Assembly (NCBI RefSeq): GCF_009914755.1 | Contig: NC_060929.1 | Source: the human T2T-CHM13v2.0 reference genome, Homo sapiens | Length of the DNA: 64,000 bases | Reading direction: 5' to 3' (one strand) | Part shown: in pieces, positions 13,890-25,751 of the stretch | Layout: every line of letters starts with the position of its first letter | Position numbering within the stretch: the stretch's first letter is position 1 | Position numbers and translations under genes: made by a program | The notes under the pieces: model-generated | The model's database searches: none | The model's input: only the letters and a program-made list of their open reading frames with translations | What the model was told of the DNA's origin: nothing

Positions 13890-16044
13890 TTAAATCTGCT
13901 AATCTCTTCCTTTGAGACAATTGCAAAACTATTCTATATTAAGACAGTTCCTGATTTCAAATTTCTGTGCTACCTACTATAATTATTGAAAATTCATTAC
14001 AATAATATTTGATGTTTTTTGAGCTTTACTTTGAGTCAAGCATTGTACTATGTTTGTTACAAGCATGTATAATATAATTCTTTCAACGACCATAAGTGGA
14101 TGCCATCCTTATTTACATTTAACACATCAGGAAATTGAAGACTAGAAGGCTCAAAGTCACACAGCTTCTCAGTGGTGTAGCAGGGAGCAAGGCCAGCTCT
14201 ATCAGATTTTAGAGTCCAGGCTCATAACCACGGAGATTTACTACCTCCCACAGACTTCCTTTTTCCTTTTCCTCCTTCTCTTTTTATGGCTGCAACCCAC
14301 TTAGCTGTAATGAGACAGGAAATTATGGTGGCTTTGGCAGAGGATTGATGGTAGATATAGAAAAGGAGAAGGAAGACTAGACAGCTGGATGAAGGGAGGG
14401 AGAGGAACAGAGGGAGGGAGGGAGGGAGCGAGGAAGGGAGGAAGAGAGAGAGGGAGATGCGGAGACAGGCAATGGCAGCAACCAGGGTTGAAAGCTATAC
14501 TATTACTGGTAGGACCATTCTACTATTCCCTTAAAGGTTTTTTTTCCTCACATCCTAAATATTTCCATGTGTTTCAGAGAACTCTGTAGTAAACCAACCT
14601 CATGATCCATTTTTTTTTGTCACTCTTTCCATGAATTCTCATTGGATATTTCTGCTCTCTTAGATTCATTTTTCCTCTGAATTCTTCACTTCATGAATCA
14701 TGCCATAAAGCTTTGTACTTAAATTGTACTCTTTCTCCATAAAAACAGGGTATACAGAATAATACAAGAATAACAAACTCTGATGTAATTCCTGAATCTG
14801 TCAAATGTACAGAACTGACCTTAGTGATCACCCAGCTTAACCCCCTTCCCAACAAAAATGAAATAAGCACACAAAATAAAACAGTAATAGCAAAACAAAT
14901 GGTGGACCTTACACAGCAATCCATTGTCACACATCTAGTCATTTATGAATAGTATCATAATAGGAAATATTTGTTCTGATGAGATGGTTTGGTAATTTTT
15001 TGGGGTATGCTAAGTACTATTAATAACCTGACTTTGAGGAAATGGAGACACAAGGAGACTAATGACTTGCCCAAGGTCTCACAGCTAGAAATTGAATTCT
15101 ATATAAAATCTAGGGCTTGAACTCGACCATAGCTCCTCCAAAGCCCAAGTTTACTTCCATTTGATACTCACTGGGTTGTTACAGGAGGGAAGTCTTTTTC
15201 CTAGAGCAGGCTAGCACGTAACTGAATTTCTCAAGAAGCTGGCGTAGCTATCTGAAAAGCAATATTTGGTCATTTGAATCCCACTTATTAAGTATTATGT
15301 TATCCTCAGCTTGGCTGGACTGAGTTCAACCTTTGTACCTTGTGTGAAGAAAAGATTCCCTAAACAAAATAATAATGCACTAAGGAGAGGGCGATAACAA
15401 GCTAAGTGTTTCATTGCTTTCTACATAAATAGATGTTCCTACAAATGAATGCCATCAGTTTGTTAAGGCTGTATCTGTAGAGGGTTTGTAATTAACACAT
15501 TTAACATTTGTTGGCAAATGTGTTATATTCTCAAGCCAGTATAATCTGGGACTTTCTAAAATATTTTCTAAGTATAAACCAGTATTATAGAACTCTCCCA
15601 TTGAAAGACAGAGGGCAATGGCTATAGCAGATGTGTCAAAATTGGCACTTTGGAGGTGGGAGGGAGGGGTCAGCTATGCTTAGGGTCTGGCACAAACTTG
15701 CCTGTTTCTCTCCGATCCCTATTTGCAACCGGTGAACTCAGGACTTCTTTTTGAAGGCTTAAGATCCAATTCCTCATTAATCCACATTGGGCTTTCCCCA
15801 GTTAGATCACGTCTGACTGTATTATGCTTTGTTGATAAGATAAGCTAAGAGTAGGATATTTCCAATATTGTCTTTGCATTAAGTGCTAATGTATTAAGAA
15901 AAAAGTGTTCATTCATGATTAATTTTTTTCCTGGTGTGAGAAGAGGTTTCATTCTACTGAAAGACTTTTTGGCCATTGAAATGATGACATTATTTTTATT
16001 TGATTCAATTATAGTGACTTAAAAATATGTTTTTGCCTTTTTAG

Positions 16045-16232
16045 GCTTTGGCAAAACAAGCCAAGATTGACTTTGAAGAACAATTCCTTAAAGAAAAGAG
16101 ATTTCATGATCAGATTGCTGTGGAAAGAGCTCAAGCTCGTTATGAAAAGCATTATTCAGTATGTGCAGAAATTTTGGATCAAATAGTTGATTTGTCCACT
16201 AAAGTGGCAGACTATCGAATGTTGACAAATAA
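16045..16232 (+). CDS. SPEF2: SPEF2 coding exon (~exon 9), ALAKQAKIDFEEQ...ADYRMLTN
   Basis: ttttag| acceptor, AA|gtaagt donor, 188 nt; ORF 16048..16236. Confidence 0.96.
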
Positions 16233-16449
16233 GTAAGTATTTTTTTTGTAATAACAGTAGAGACACGATAGAGAATGAGGAAGGATAAGATTGTAAAATA
16301 GATACTAGGATGATAAGTAAAGAGAGATAAAAATGATTCATGAAAAGACTAAAAGGTGGGGTCCAGGAGACCTTGATTACTGACTTGATTTACTCACTGA
16401 CTATTTTTATTTAAGATGCATATATGCCTTTTTCCTCACCTTTTATGAA

Positions 16450-17655
16450 AATTAAAGTGGATCATAGACTTAAATGTAACTCATAGCACTATAAAACTTT
16501 GAGGAAAAAAATGGGAGAAAATCTTTGGGTTCTATGACTAGGCAACAAGTTCTTAGACTTGACACCAAAAGCATGATCCATAAAAGGAAAACTTGACAAA
16601 TTGGACTTCATTAAAATTAAAAATTTTTGCTCTGCAAAAGACAAAACTTTATAAGTTGGACTTCCTCAAAATTAAAACTTTTTGCTTTGAAAAAGATGAA
16701 AGGATGTATAGAATAGGAGAAGATATTTCAAACTGCCTATCCCACAAAAGACTAATATCTAGAATATATGAAGTATTATCAAAATTCAACAATAAAAAAT
16801 AAGCCAGTTCAAAAATAGGCAAAAGATATGAAAAGACATTTCACTGAAGAGGATATTTAGATGACAAATACACAAGTAAAAAAATTCACCCTTGTTAGTC
16901 ATTAGAGAATTTCAAATTGAAATCACAATGATATATCATTACACACCTATAAGAATGGTTAAAATTTTAAAAAAAATGAAAACACCAAATACTGGCAAGG
17001 ATCTGGAGAAAACCACTATTCATTACTGCTGAGAAAAGTGAAATGGTATAGCCCCTCTGGAAAACAGTTTGGCAATTTCTTAAAAAGCAGAATATGCAAC
17101 TCCCACACAACCTAGCAATTATACTTCTGGGCATTTATCCTAGAGAAATTAAGACTTAAATTCACACAAAAACCTGTATACAAATGTTTATATCACCTTT
17201 ATTTGTAATAGCTTAAAACTGATAACAATCCAGATATCTCTCAACAGGTAATAGAGTGTGATACATCCGTATCATGGAATATTGCTGAGAAATATAAAAT
17301 AATAAACTATTAATACATGCCACAATCTGGATGAATCTCCAGATACTTAGGCTGCGTGGGAAAGAGCCAGTCTCAAAATGTTACATGCTCTGTGATTTCA
17401 TTTATATAACATTCTTGAAATGACAAAGTTATAGAAACTGAGAACAGATTAGTGATTGCCAGGGGCTAAGAATGGGATGGAGGTGAGAGGGAAGTGAGTG
17501 TGGCTCTGAAAGGGCAACATGATGGGTTCTGTGGTGATAGAAGGTTCTGTATCTTGACTGTATCAATGTTAATATCCTGGTTGTGATATCGTACTGTGGT
17601 TTTGCAAGATATTACAATCAGGAGACACTGGGTAAAGGGTATATGGATCTCCATA
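16450..17655 (+). mobile_element. Old L1M element 3' portion
   Basis: ORF2 C-terminal remnant (LDFLKIKTFC...LISRIY) and L1M 3' UTR. Confidence 0.85.
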
Positions 17656-19031
17656 TTTTAAAAATGTTCCTACTTTTGCCATTTTATCTGTTTCTATCCT
17701 CATATCCTTAAATGTGAACAGAATTTTACAGTAAAGGTCAGATAGCTAAGGTTTTTTTCTTCTATAGTTTTTTTCAAAATACGTGGACTACTTTAGTGGG
17801 TTGCAATCATGAAGCCATAGAATGTCTACAAATGTCATAGTAAGTCATATTGAAAGAGAATATTAAAAGGTTATTAGGAGGAAACAGGTAATTTTGGAGC
17901 TTTTTAAAGCCCTAATAAGTGGTGGAGAAAGCAAAAAGGAGAAGTACCTGAATCTGAGGTTTGTCAGGAGTTCAAGACCCCTGAACACACAGCCTTTTAA
18001 ACAGGAAACGTTGTTAGGTCTGTAGCCGTTAAATAATAACTCCTCATCCCCTTCAATCCCCAGCCACTGATAATCTCTATCCTACTTGATGTCTCTGAAT
18101 TTGTCTCTTCTAGGTACCTTATATAAGTGGAATAATATATTTGTCCTTTTTCTGTCTGGCTTATTTCACTTAGCATAACGTCTTCAAGGTCCTTTCATGT
18201 TGTAGCATGAATCAGAATGAAATACTACTTTTTAAGTTGTAATTTCAGGTTCTAGTCCAACTGTTTATGATCATGTCAGGACATTTCACACATCTTGTCT
18301 TGAAACCATTTTCCCATCACTCTGTCCTTGTTGTCTCCTAAGCATTCCTCAGGACTCAGCTTAGCAGTCATTTCTTTAAAGAGACCTTCCTGGAACCAAC
18401 AAGTTAAGTTGAGTCATACTGTTGTGCTTTCCCATTGTATAATTCTTATTCAAAACTTTCATTTATGTACGCAATTATTTTTTCCCCTTCTTTCCCAGAG
18501 TCTGCTATTTAAGTCCAGGTATTCCACTTGCTATTATATTTCTAATAGCTAGTAAAATGTCCGGAACTTAGTGGGTTTGAAGAATGATTGTTACTTTATG
18601 CCACTGGCTCTTTTCACTTTTTTATTGACTGTTTCATAGCAGAACAATATATCTAAAAATATTGAGTACAGTCGGAACACTTAGGTTCCTTAATTCTCAG
18701 CTCTGATATCAGCTTACTATGCAACCTTAGGAAATTATTTAAATGCTCTAGTATCAGTGTCCTCCTGTGCAAAACGAACAAACTGAGTGCTTTTCAAGGC
18801 CCCTTTAAGAGAAAAGTAGGTTTACATTTTGTAAATTATTTGTAACAGAAAAATCTCATATATATTAGTCTTATTGTCATTGCACATATGGTAACCTTTA
18901 AGATCATTTTTCAGTAATTATTTCTGTCTGATGAAAGTGAGCTAATTACATAAATATAATAAAAATACCAATGTTTAAAATCTATATTTGACTAACCATT
19001 GATTCATCTCTACCTTTTTTTTGTGCGATAG

Positions 19032-19200
19032 TCTGATTCCGTATAAGTTGATGCATGATTGGAAGGAACTATTTTTTAATGCAAAACCCATATATGAACA
19101 AGCCTCTGTTAAGACACTACCTGCTAACCCCTCAAGAGAACAACTTACAGAACTGGAGAAAAGGGACTTGCTAGATACCAATGATTATGAAGAATATAAG
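19032..19200 (+). CDS. SPEF2: SPEF2 coding exon (~exon 10), LIPYKLMHDWKELFF...TNDYEEYK
   Basis: poly-T then gcgatag| acceptor, weak AAG|gtacct donor, 169 nt, phase 2 to 0; ORF 19021..19221. Confidence 0.96.
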
Positions 19201-19221
19201 GTACCTACTGATATGAAATAA
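19201..19221 (+). CDS. SPEF2: Read-through tail VPTDMK* of a short SPEF2 isoform (composite terminal exon)
   Basis: In-frame continuation past the weak donor to TAA at 19219-19221; AATAAA at 19236 and 19292, the second followed by a GU/U-rich tract. Confidence 0.65.
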   Translation, partial: VPTDMK

Positions 19222-20940
19222 TTAGAATGCTACATAATAAATCCTTTTTCTTTAACATTAATTTTGTGATATTCCTTATTTCATTTCTACTAATAAAAAT
19301 AGACATGTTTTGTTTGCATTTTCCCTTGTTTTAATTTGTATGTTTGTACTACTTTTTAGATGCTTAAACTATACATAAGCTATTATCTATTGTTCCTAGT
19401 AATCTTAGGGGAGTGGTCTGAAAAAACATCAAGCATAGTAATTGTCTGGGTAGACAGATTTCAGAATTTTTAAAATGCTTTAATTTATTTATTAGCATTT
19501 TTCTTTGTATGGGCTGTGTACTTTTGCTTCAAAAACCATTGTTAAAAAGTATTTCTTTTGTAATCAATCTAAATAATAGACTTTTTTTACAGGCAAAATG
19601 AAAGAGGAGGAGGTCTGGGTTTTATGAATAGCATAGATTCAAACAATCTTTTATTCAAAGATTGAAATAAAAAGTATCGGGTGCCAACTGTGATTTTTAG
19701 AAGAACTGTTGTAAAGCCTTTGAGATTAGACAGACTAGAGCTACATTACTGAAATTGCCAACTACTAACTGTGTGACCTTAGGTGACCAGTTCATTAAGG
19801 GCTAATAGATTTCCATTTTTCAATTAATGGAAAGGGAATGCTACTATACCTACTTCATTTAAAATAACATGAGTTAAACACTTAGCTGAGTGCACTTCAT
19901 GTTGGATGCATATAATACATATCCATTTCTTTCCTCACCATCCTACTCTCCCCATCCCACTCCATCTCACCCTTAGAAGTAAAGGTGTAACAATCATAGC
20001 TTTTGGATAGAAATTTTGAGTGGATCAACAGCAATGGAATGAGGAGTGAGGCTTTTTATTAGAAAAATTACAAAATGAGTCCCGGAAGGTCAGTAAGTGC
20101 AACATGAAAAAAATCTATGAAAAGATTATTTGACCTAATTATTCACTGATAGTACATACTCAACAAAGGTTTGTGGGACAAAGGGTGAATAAAATGAATG
20201 AATTACAATGAACAAAGAAAAGTGCAAAATAACACTAACAAGTAAATATTACAAGAAGATAACCTTGTGGTTAAAAGATAAGGAAAAATATGAGATTATG
20301 AGAAATTAAATGTATACTATATTTTAATTAAATGAATCTGTATTTGTAGCACTAAGAGAATTATTATTAAGGATTGACTAGAACCTTAAAAGATATATGT
20401 GGATGTTTGTTTTGTACGGTTGTAAAATATACTAGACCTATTACATCCACCTAAAGTATAATGCCATGTAAGAAAATGCTTTGACAGTATCAACCTGTGT
20501 TAAGGTATTTCTTTCCATTGTAAATTAAAAGTCATTTTATTTGACAGACTTTACTGGTTCATCGAATGTTTATTTCTAAATTACTTGCTAAACAGCTCAA
20601 TCTCTATTCTTGTTGCTCTTACAAATCAGGAGACCTAGTAGGCTGCAGCTTAGCAAAGATTTTTGTCTCTTTAGCTATTTTCCTTGTATGAGAAATGGTT
20701 ACCACAGGAACATGCTTGTCTTACCCACATCCTGAAGCAGATGATGCATTTCTTTTGCAGAAAATTGTAAACTTTTGTTAGGAGTTTGTGAGCGTCTAGC
20801 AATGTACTTTATTTTGTGTATTGACTTTGCTGTTTTTCTAGAAATGAAAATTACCTTAGGATTTATAATATGTTTTCACAAGCTCCCTTCGACACCATAA
20901 TGGAAAATATGCCATATACAGGTTTTAGGATATACTGTAA

Positions 20941-21538
20941 ACTATTATACTATCATTCTTTATTTTTAGATCTTTGGTCTCTTCAAGAACTTGTCCTAAA
21001 TGTTCCTACATCCAAGTAAAAAATAAATGTTTCAACTTGTAAAATATATTATCTGGCTTAAATAGTCTATCACAAGAGGCAGCGGAACAATGCATCCTGG
21101 CTTATCTAAAAGAAACAGTTGTCCACGTTTGTCATTATTAAATTTGTTCAGGAGTTTTAATGCAAATATATTACTCAGAAATTAATACATTTGCTTGAAC
21201 ATAATGTTCATTATAATGTTATTGAACATAATGTTCATTATAATGTTATTGAACATTATATATAATGAACATTATTATGTTCAAGCAAATGTATTAATTT
21301 CTAAGTAATACATTTGCATTAAAACTCCTGAACAAATTTAATAATGACAAATGTGGACAACTGTTTCTTTTAGATAAGCCAGGATGCATTGTTCCGCTGC
21401 CTGTTGTGATAGACTATTTAAGCCAGATAATATATTTTACAAGTTGAAACATTTATTTTTTGCTTGTATGTGGGAACATTTAGGACAATTTCTTGAAGAG
21501 ACCAAAGATCTAAAAATAAAGAATGATAGTATAATAGT
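20941..21538. repeat. Long inverted repeat: 265-bp arms (20941-21205 and 21274-21538) with a 68-nt partly self-complementary spacer
   Basis: Manual alignment of the left arm to the reverse complement of the right arm gave 8 mismatches and no gaps. Confidence 0.97.
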
Positions 21539-22036
21539 ATAATACATTTGCTTGAACAAATAGTGTAATACATTTGCTTGAACATAATAATGTTCATTAT
21601 ATATAATGTTCAATAACATTATAATGAACATTATGTTCAAGCAAATGTATTATTCAGAAATTAATCTTCAAAAAGTTTATATTCTTAGCATACTTAATTG
21701 ATGTCCATACCCTATACCTTTAAAGAACTGACAGTTCCCAGTTTTGAGTTTGTGCTTTTAGAAGCCCGTGTTCTGTTCAAATAAGCTATTATGCTTAAAA
21801 TTTTTAAATATTGTACCTAGAAATTGCAATTAAAACAGATATTTGCTTATGTACATGTCATATGTAGCTGCCAAAAATTTGACTCATGTCTTAACTTTAT
21901 TTCCTAAATCATCACACTCTATTTATGTGAGAATGACTGAATGTGAGGGAGCTCTACCCCAGTGGCTAGAAATAACATTTCTCTCTCCCAGGAAAGAGGC
22001 AAGAACAGCATCATGGAGCAGTCAGACCTCTCTGGG

Positions 22037-22049
22037 GTTCCTAGGCAAC
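22037..22049. promoter_or_regulatory. RFX X-box GTTCCTAGGCAAC
   Basis: Close match to the palindromic RFX consensus GTTGCC-N-RGNAAC; lies in a ciliary gene; motif evidence only. Confidence 0.4.
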
Positions 22050-23026
22050 TACCACAGCATAACAACATTGAGTTATTTAGTAGAAAGTGAGGAAGGGCCC
22101 TTAAAGCCCAATGGACCATGGGTAGCAGTCTAAGCCAGGAGGCCTGGTTCCTGTAGTGCAGCTGGCAGCACAGCCCCACACAGCAGCTAGTGGTTCTCAA
22201 TCATGCAGTGGACTCCTGCCAGTGAACCTCAAACTCCCCCTAATGCAAATCCTTTCTGTGGGTCTTACTAGCAAATGAGTTGCAATTCATAGCGTTTCAC
22301 TTTTATATAAGCTGCTTACTAGCAATTACTAGTTGAATGAGTTTAAGAGTTACTAAAATTTAGTGTTCATAAACTAAAATTAGCTCATGGCTATGGTTTC
22401 CTGAAGATTTGGATTTTTCTAAGAAGTCCCTGCCACAAAGCACTCAACCATTTTCAGAGCTCTACTGTGCATGCCCATAACCAAGTTATACTTGGAATTT
22501 CTATAATTTGGGGGAAGGATATTTCATTTCCAGCACATCATCCATGTTGTCTTAAGTTGTTCATGATTTTTAATTGCTGCTATTTTTTGCCTTTAATGGC
22601 AAATTAGTGTTTAAGTTCATGATCAGGTGAGTTTGTTGTGGTTATTGGATTAACCCTACAGTGTGTGTTATAATGTACATTTTTATTAACATTATTTTTG
22701 GCTTATGATTTTCCGTCAACCAGACTTTAAGATGTGGTTGTATATGTTATGGTTTAACATGTGTACGCCTGTCACTACAGCACATGTATGGACACCTATC
22801 CCCCAGTTTTTTTACAATGACCTTTATTACCACCAGGTCTTTTTCCACCAAAGAATAGAAATATGGGACTAAATGAGCCATGGAGTTCTCTGTTTTCCTG
22901 TCTCATCTGAATTGTGTGGCCCAAAGACATCCCTGGATAATTGACACAAGCACAGTGATAGATTTTAGTAGATGAATGTTAAGGGCATGTGAATCGATCA
23001 CTTTTTTACATTTAAAACATATACAT

Positions 23027-23735
23027 TGCATTGATCAGCTCAGGCTGCTATAATAATACACTATAGACTGGGTGGCTTAAACAACAGCAATTTATTTTTC
23101 ATAGTTCTGGAGACTGAGAAGCCCAAGATTAAGGTGTTAGCCAGTTTGACTCCCCAGTGAGATCTTTCTTCCTGGCTCACAGAAGACTGCCTTCCTGCTG
23201 TGTTCTCACAGGGCAGAGAGAAACAGAGTGAGCTCTTCTCTTTTCGTCTTCTTTTTTTTTTTTTTTTTTTGGTGTTTCCAAATTCTTTTTTTTTTTATTA
23301 TTATTATATTTTAAGTTTTAGGGTGCATGTGCACAATGTGCATGTTAGTTACATATGTATACATGTGCCATGTTGGTGTGCTGTACCCATTAACTCGTCA
23401 TTTAACATTAGGTATATCTCCTAATGCTCTCCCTCCCCCCTCCCCCGACCCCAAAACAGGCCCTCGTGTGTGATGTTCCCCTTCCTTTGTCCATGTGTTC
23501 TCATTGTTCAATTCCCACCTATGAGTGAGAACATGTGGTGTTTGGTTTTTTATCCTTGCGATAGTTTGCTGAGAATGATAGTTTACGAAAACTAATCTCA
23601 TCATGGGAGCCCCTCCCTCATGACCTCATCTAAACCTGATTACATTCCAAAGGCCTAGCCTCCAAGTACCATCACATTGGAGGTTAGGGCTTCAACATAT
23701 GAATCTGGGGGAGACACAAACATTCAGCCCATAAT
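23027..23735. mobile_element. MaLR (MLT1/MST-type) solo LTR interrupted by an L1PA fragment
   Basis: actatagactgggtggcttaaacaacag...catgacctcatc...ttcaacatatgaat...acaaacattcag. Confidence 0.8.
23252..23584 (-). mobile_element. Young L1PA 3' end, 5'-truncated, with a double poly(A) tail
   Basis: High similarity to the L1PA 3' UTR; two T-runs separated by ggtgtttccaaattc. Confidence 0.92.
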
Positions 23736-24442
23736 ATATGCATTTATTCAGGATACTTACAAAATGTCACAATATGGAAACTTACTAATTAAGTATAGGA
23801 ACTTTTAATTTCACATGAAGTTGCTTGTTTTATGGCCTCTTCTGTTTCTTGCCAAGAAGTCTTAATTTTCTTGTCTTTTGACTATGAAGATGCTTCTACT
23901 GATGAACCTGAGCATTAATTCTAATTATTCATTTTAATATAAATGTATATAATTGCATTGTGTAGTACTGGAGGGCCCTGAAAAATATGATGGTTTCATC
24001 TTTTATTTTCAGATATGGAGGAATACAGCTGACCTCTAAGTGGACAGAGTAAGCACTTGCTTATATGATGAAGGCTGAGATATTCTCTAAGGCTATTATT
24101 CTATTGTAAAAATTCTGCCTGTCATTGCACTCAATGCCTCACAATATCATTCCTTTGAATTAAGACATCAGCACTTCCTAAAATACAAACATTTCTCAAG
24201 ATAGGCAATAAGAATCATGATCAGCCTCCAAAATAGAAAGGAGCTGGGAAGGAAGATTGATGTTGAAAGAAATATTCTCATATCATTCTAGTTTAGTTTT
24301 TAAGAGTGTGCCATTTCATACGTGCAATTTCTTTTCTCATTTGTTTACAGTGTTACCTCTAACTCCCTAAATTCCTTCACTAATGGTAAGGCTATGGCTT
24401 TTGTAGACTAAGCCTCATTGTATCTTGGTTGGTTAGGATTCC

Positions 24443-24646
24443 TTTTTTTTTTTTTTTTGAGAGGGAGTCTCGCTCTCGCTCTTGCTCTGTCGCCCAGGCT
24501 GACGTGCAGTGGCGCAATCTCGGCTGGCTGCAAGCTCCGCCTCCCTCCCAGTAGCTAGGACTACAGGCCTACAGGCGCCCGCCACCACACCCGGCTAATT
24601 TTCTGTATTTTTAGTAGAGACAGGCTTTCAACGTGTTAGCCAGGAT
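24443..24646 (-). mobile_element. 5'-truncated, internally rearranged AluY
   Basis: caagctccgcc and gtgttagccaggat AluY diagnostics; aggattcyt at both ends. Confidence 0.88.
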
Positions 24647-24744
24647 TCTTATTTGTAGTAATCAAGCACACTGATTCTAACTTAACAGAGCAGAACATCA
24701 ATGTATTAGTTTTCAAAGAGGGCTCTATTTGCCCTAGGTCCGTG

Positions 24745-24757
24745 GTTACCAAGAAAC
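24745..24757. promoter_or_regulatory. RFX X-box GTTACCAAGAAAC upstream of the candidate first exon
   Basis: GTTACC half-site plus GAAAC half-site; motif evidence only. Confidence 0.4.
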
Positions 24758-24847
24758 AAGGCTATTTTCTAATTGTTGTAGGCCAAGGATTTCAGAGGGC
24801 TTGATAGGGGTCTGGGACTTGTGTCTATGGAATAGCAGGAATAGAAG

Positions 24848-24904
24848 ATGAACTTGGGTCATGTGAAGGGTATTTGGCTTCAAATTATTAACACTGGAGA
24901 CAAG
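24848..24904 (+). CDS. SPEF2: Candidate alternative first coding exon MNLGHVKGIWLQIINTGDK, in frame with the exon at 39949
   Basis: aagATG start, 19 stop-free codons, consensus AAG|GTAAGT donor in phase 0; X-box ~90 nt upstream. Confidence 0.5.
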
Positions 24905-25358
24905 GTAAGTTCATTTGAAAACCATGGTAGAAATTGTTGAATTAAGGTATCAAGTTCAAGACGTTAGACCAGAATTGAGAAATGGTTTCCAAAAAGTTGG
25001 CAGCCAGATAGAAGTGGAATGGGATGTGAGAAGGACAAAGCCAAAGAGAGGAGTCCTGGATGCCTGACATGAATAAGATCAGAGTGATTGTCCACCACTC
25101 ATTTTTATTTGTTCTTGATCACATAGAGAGAAGCCAGCCCTCTTCCAAGCTCCCTCCTCTGTGAGACCAGGGAAAGAGATGGTGGTCAGGGCTTTTCTGG
25201 GCTTTCTACTACTGAGTTTTGGGTTTGTTCTCTACCTACTTTGGCAACTACAGGAGCCAGCTTCTATGCATCAAGCCCACTTTCCATTCAATCAATTCCT
25301 CGGAATTACCAGCTAGGATTTTAGAGTTGGCTATAAAGTTTTAAATTTTAAAACTATA

Positions 25359-25751
<393 letters not shown>

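Noticed and set aside
16585-16700. ~55-bp tandem duplication
   Set aside because: Diverged duplication inside an old L1; no sign of function
21183-21296. Repeat-spacer appearance suggesting CRISPR or a classical miRNA hairpin
   Set aside because: Eukaryotic intron, only two adjacent 27-bp units with no unique spacers and no cas genes; explained by fold-back duplication
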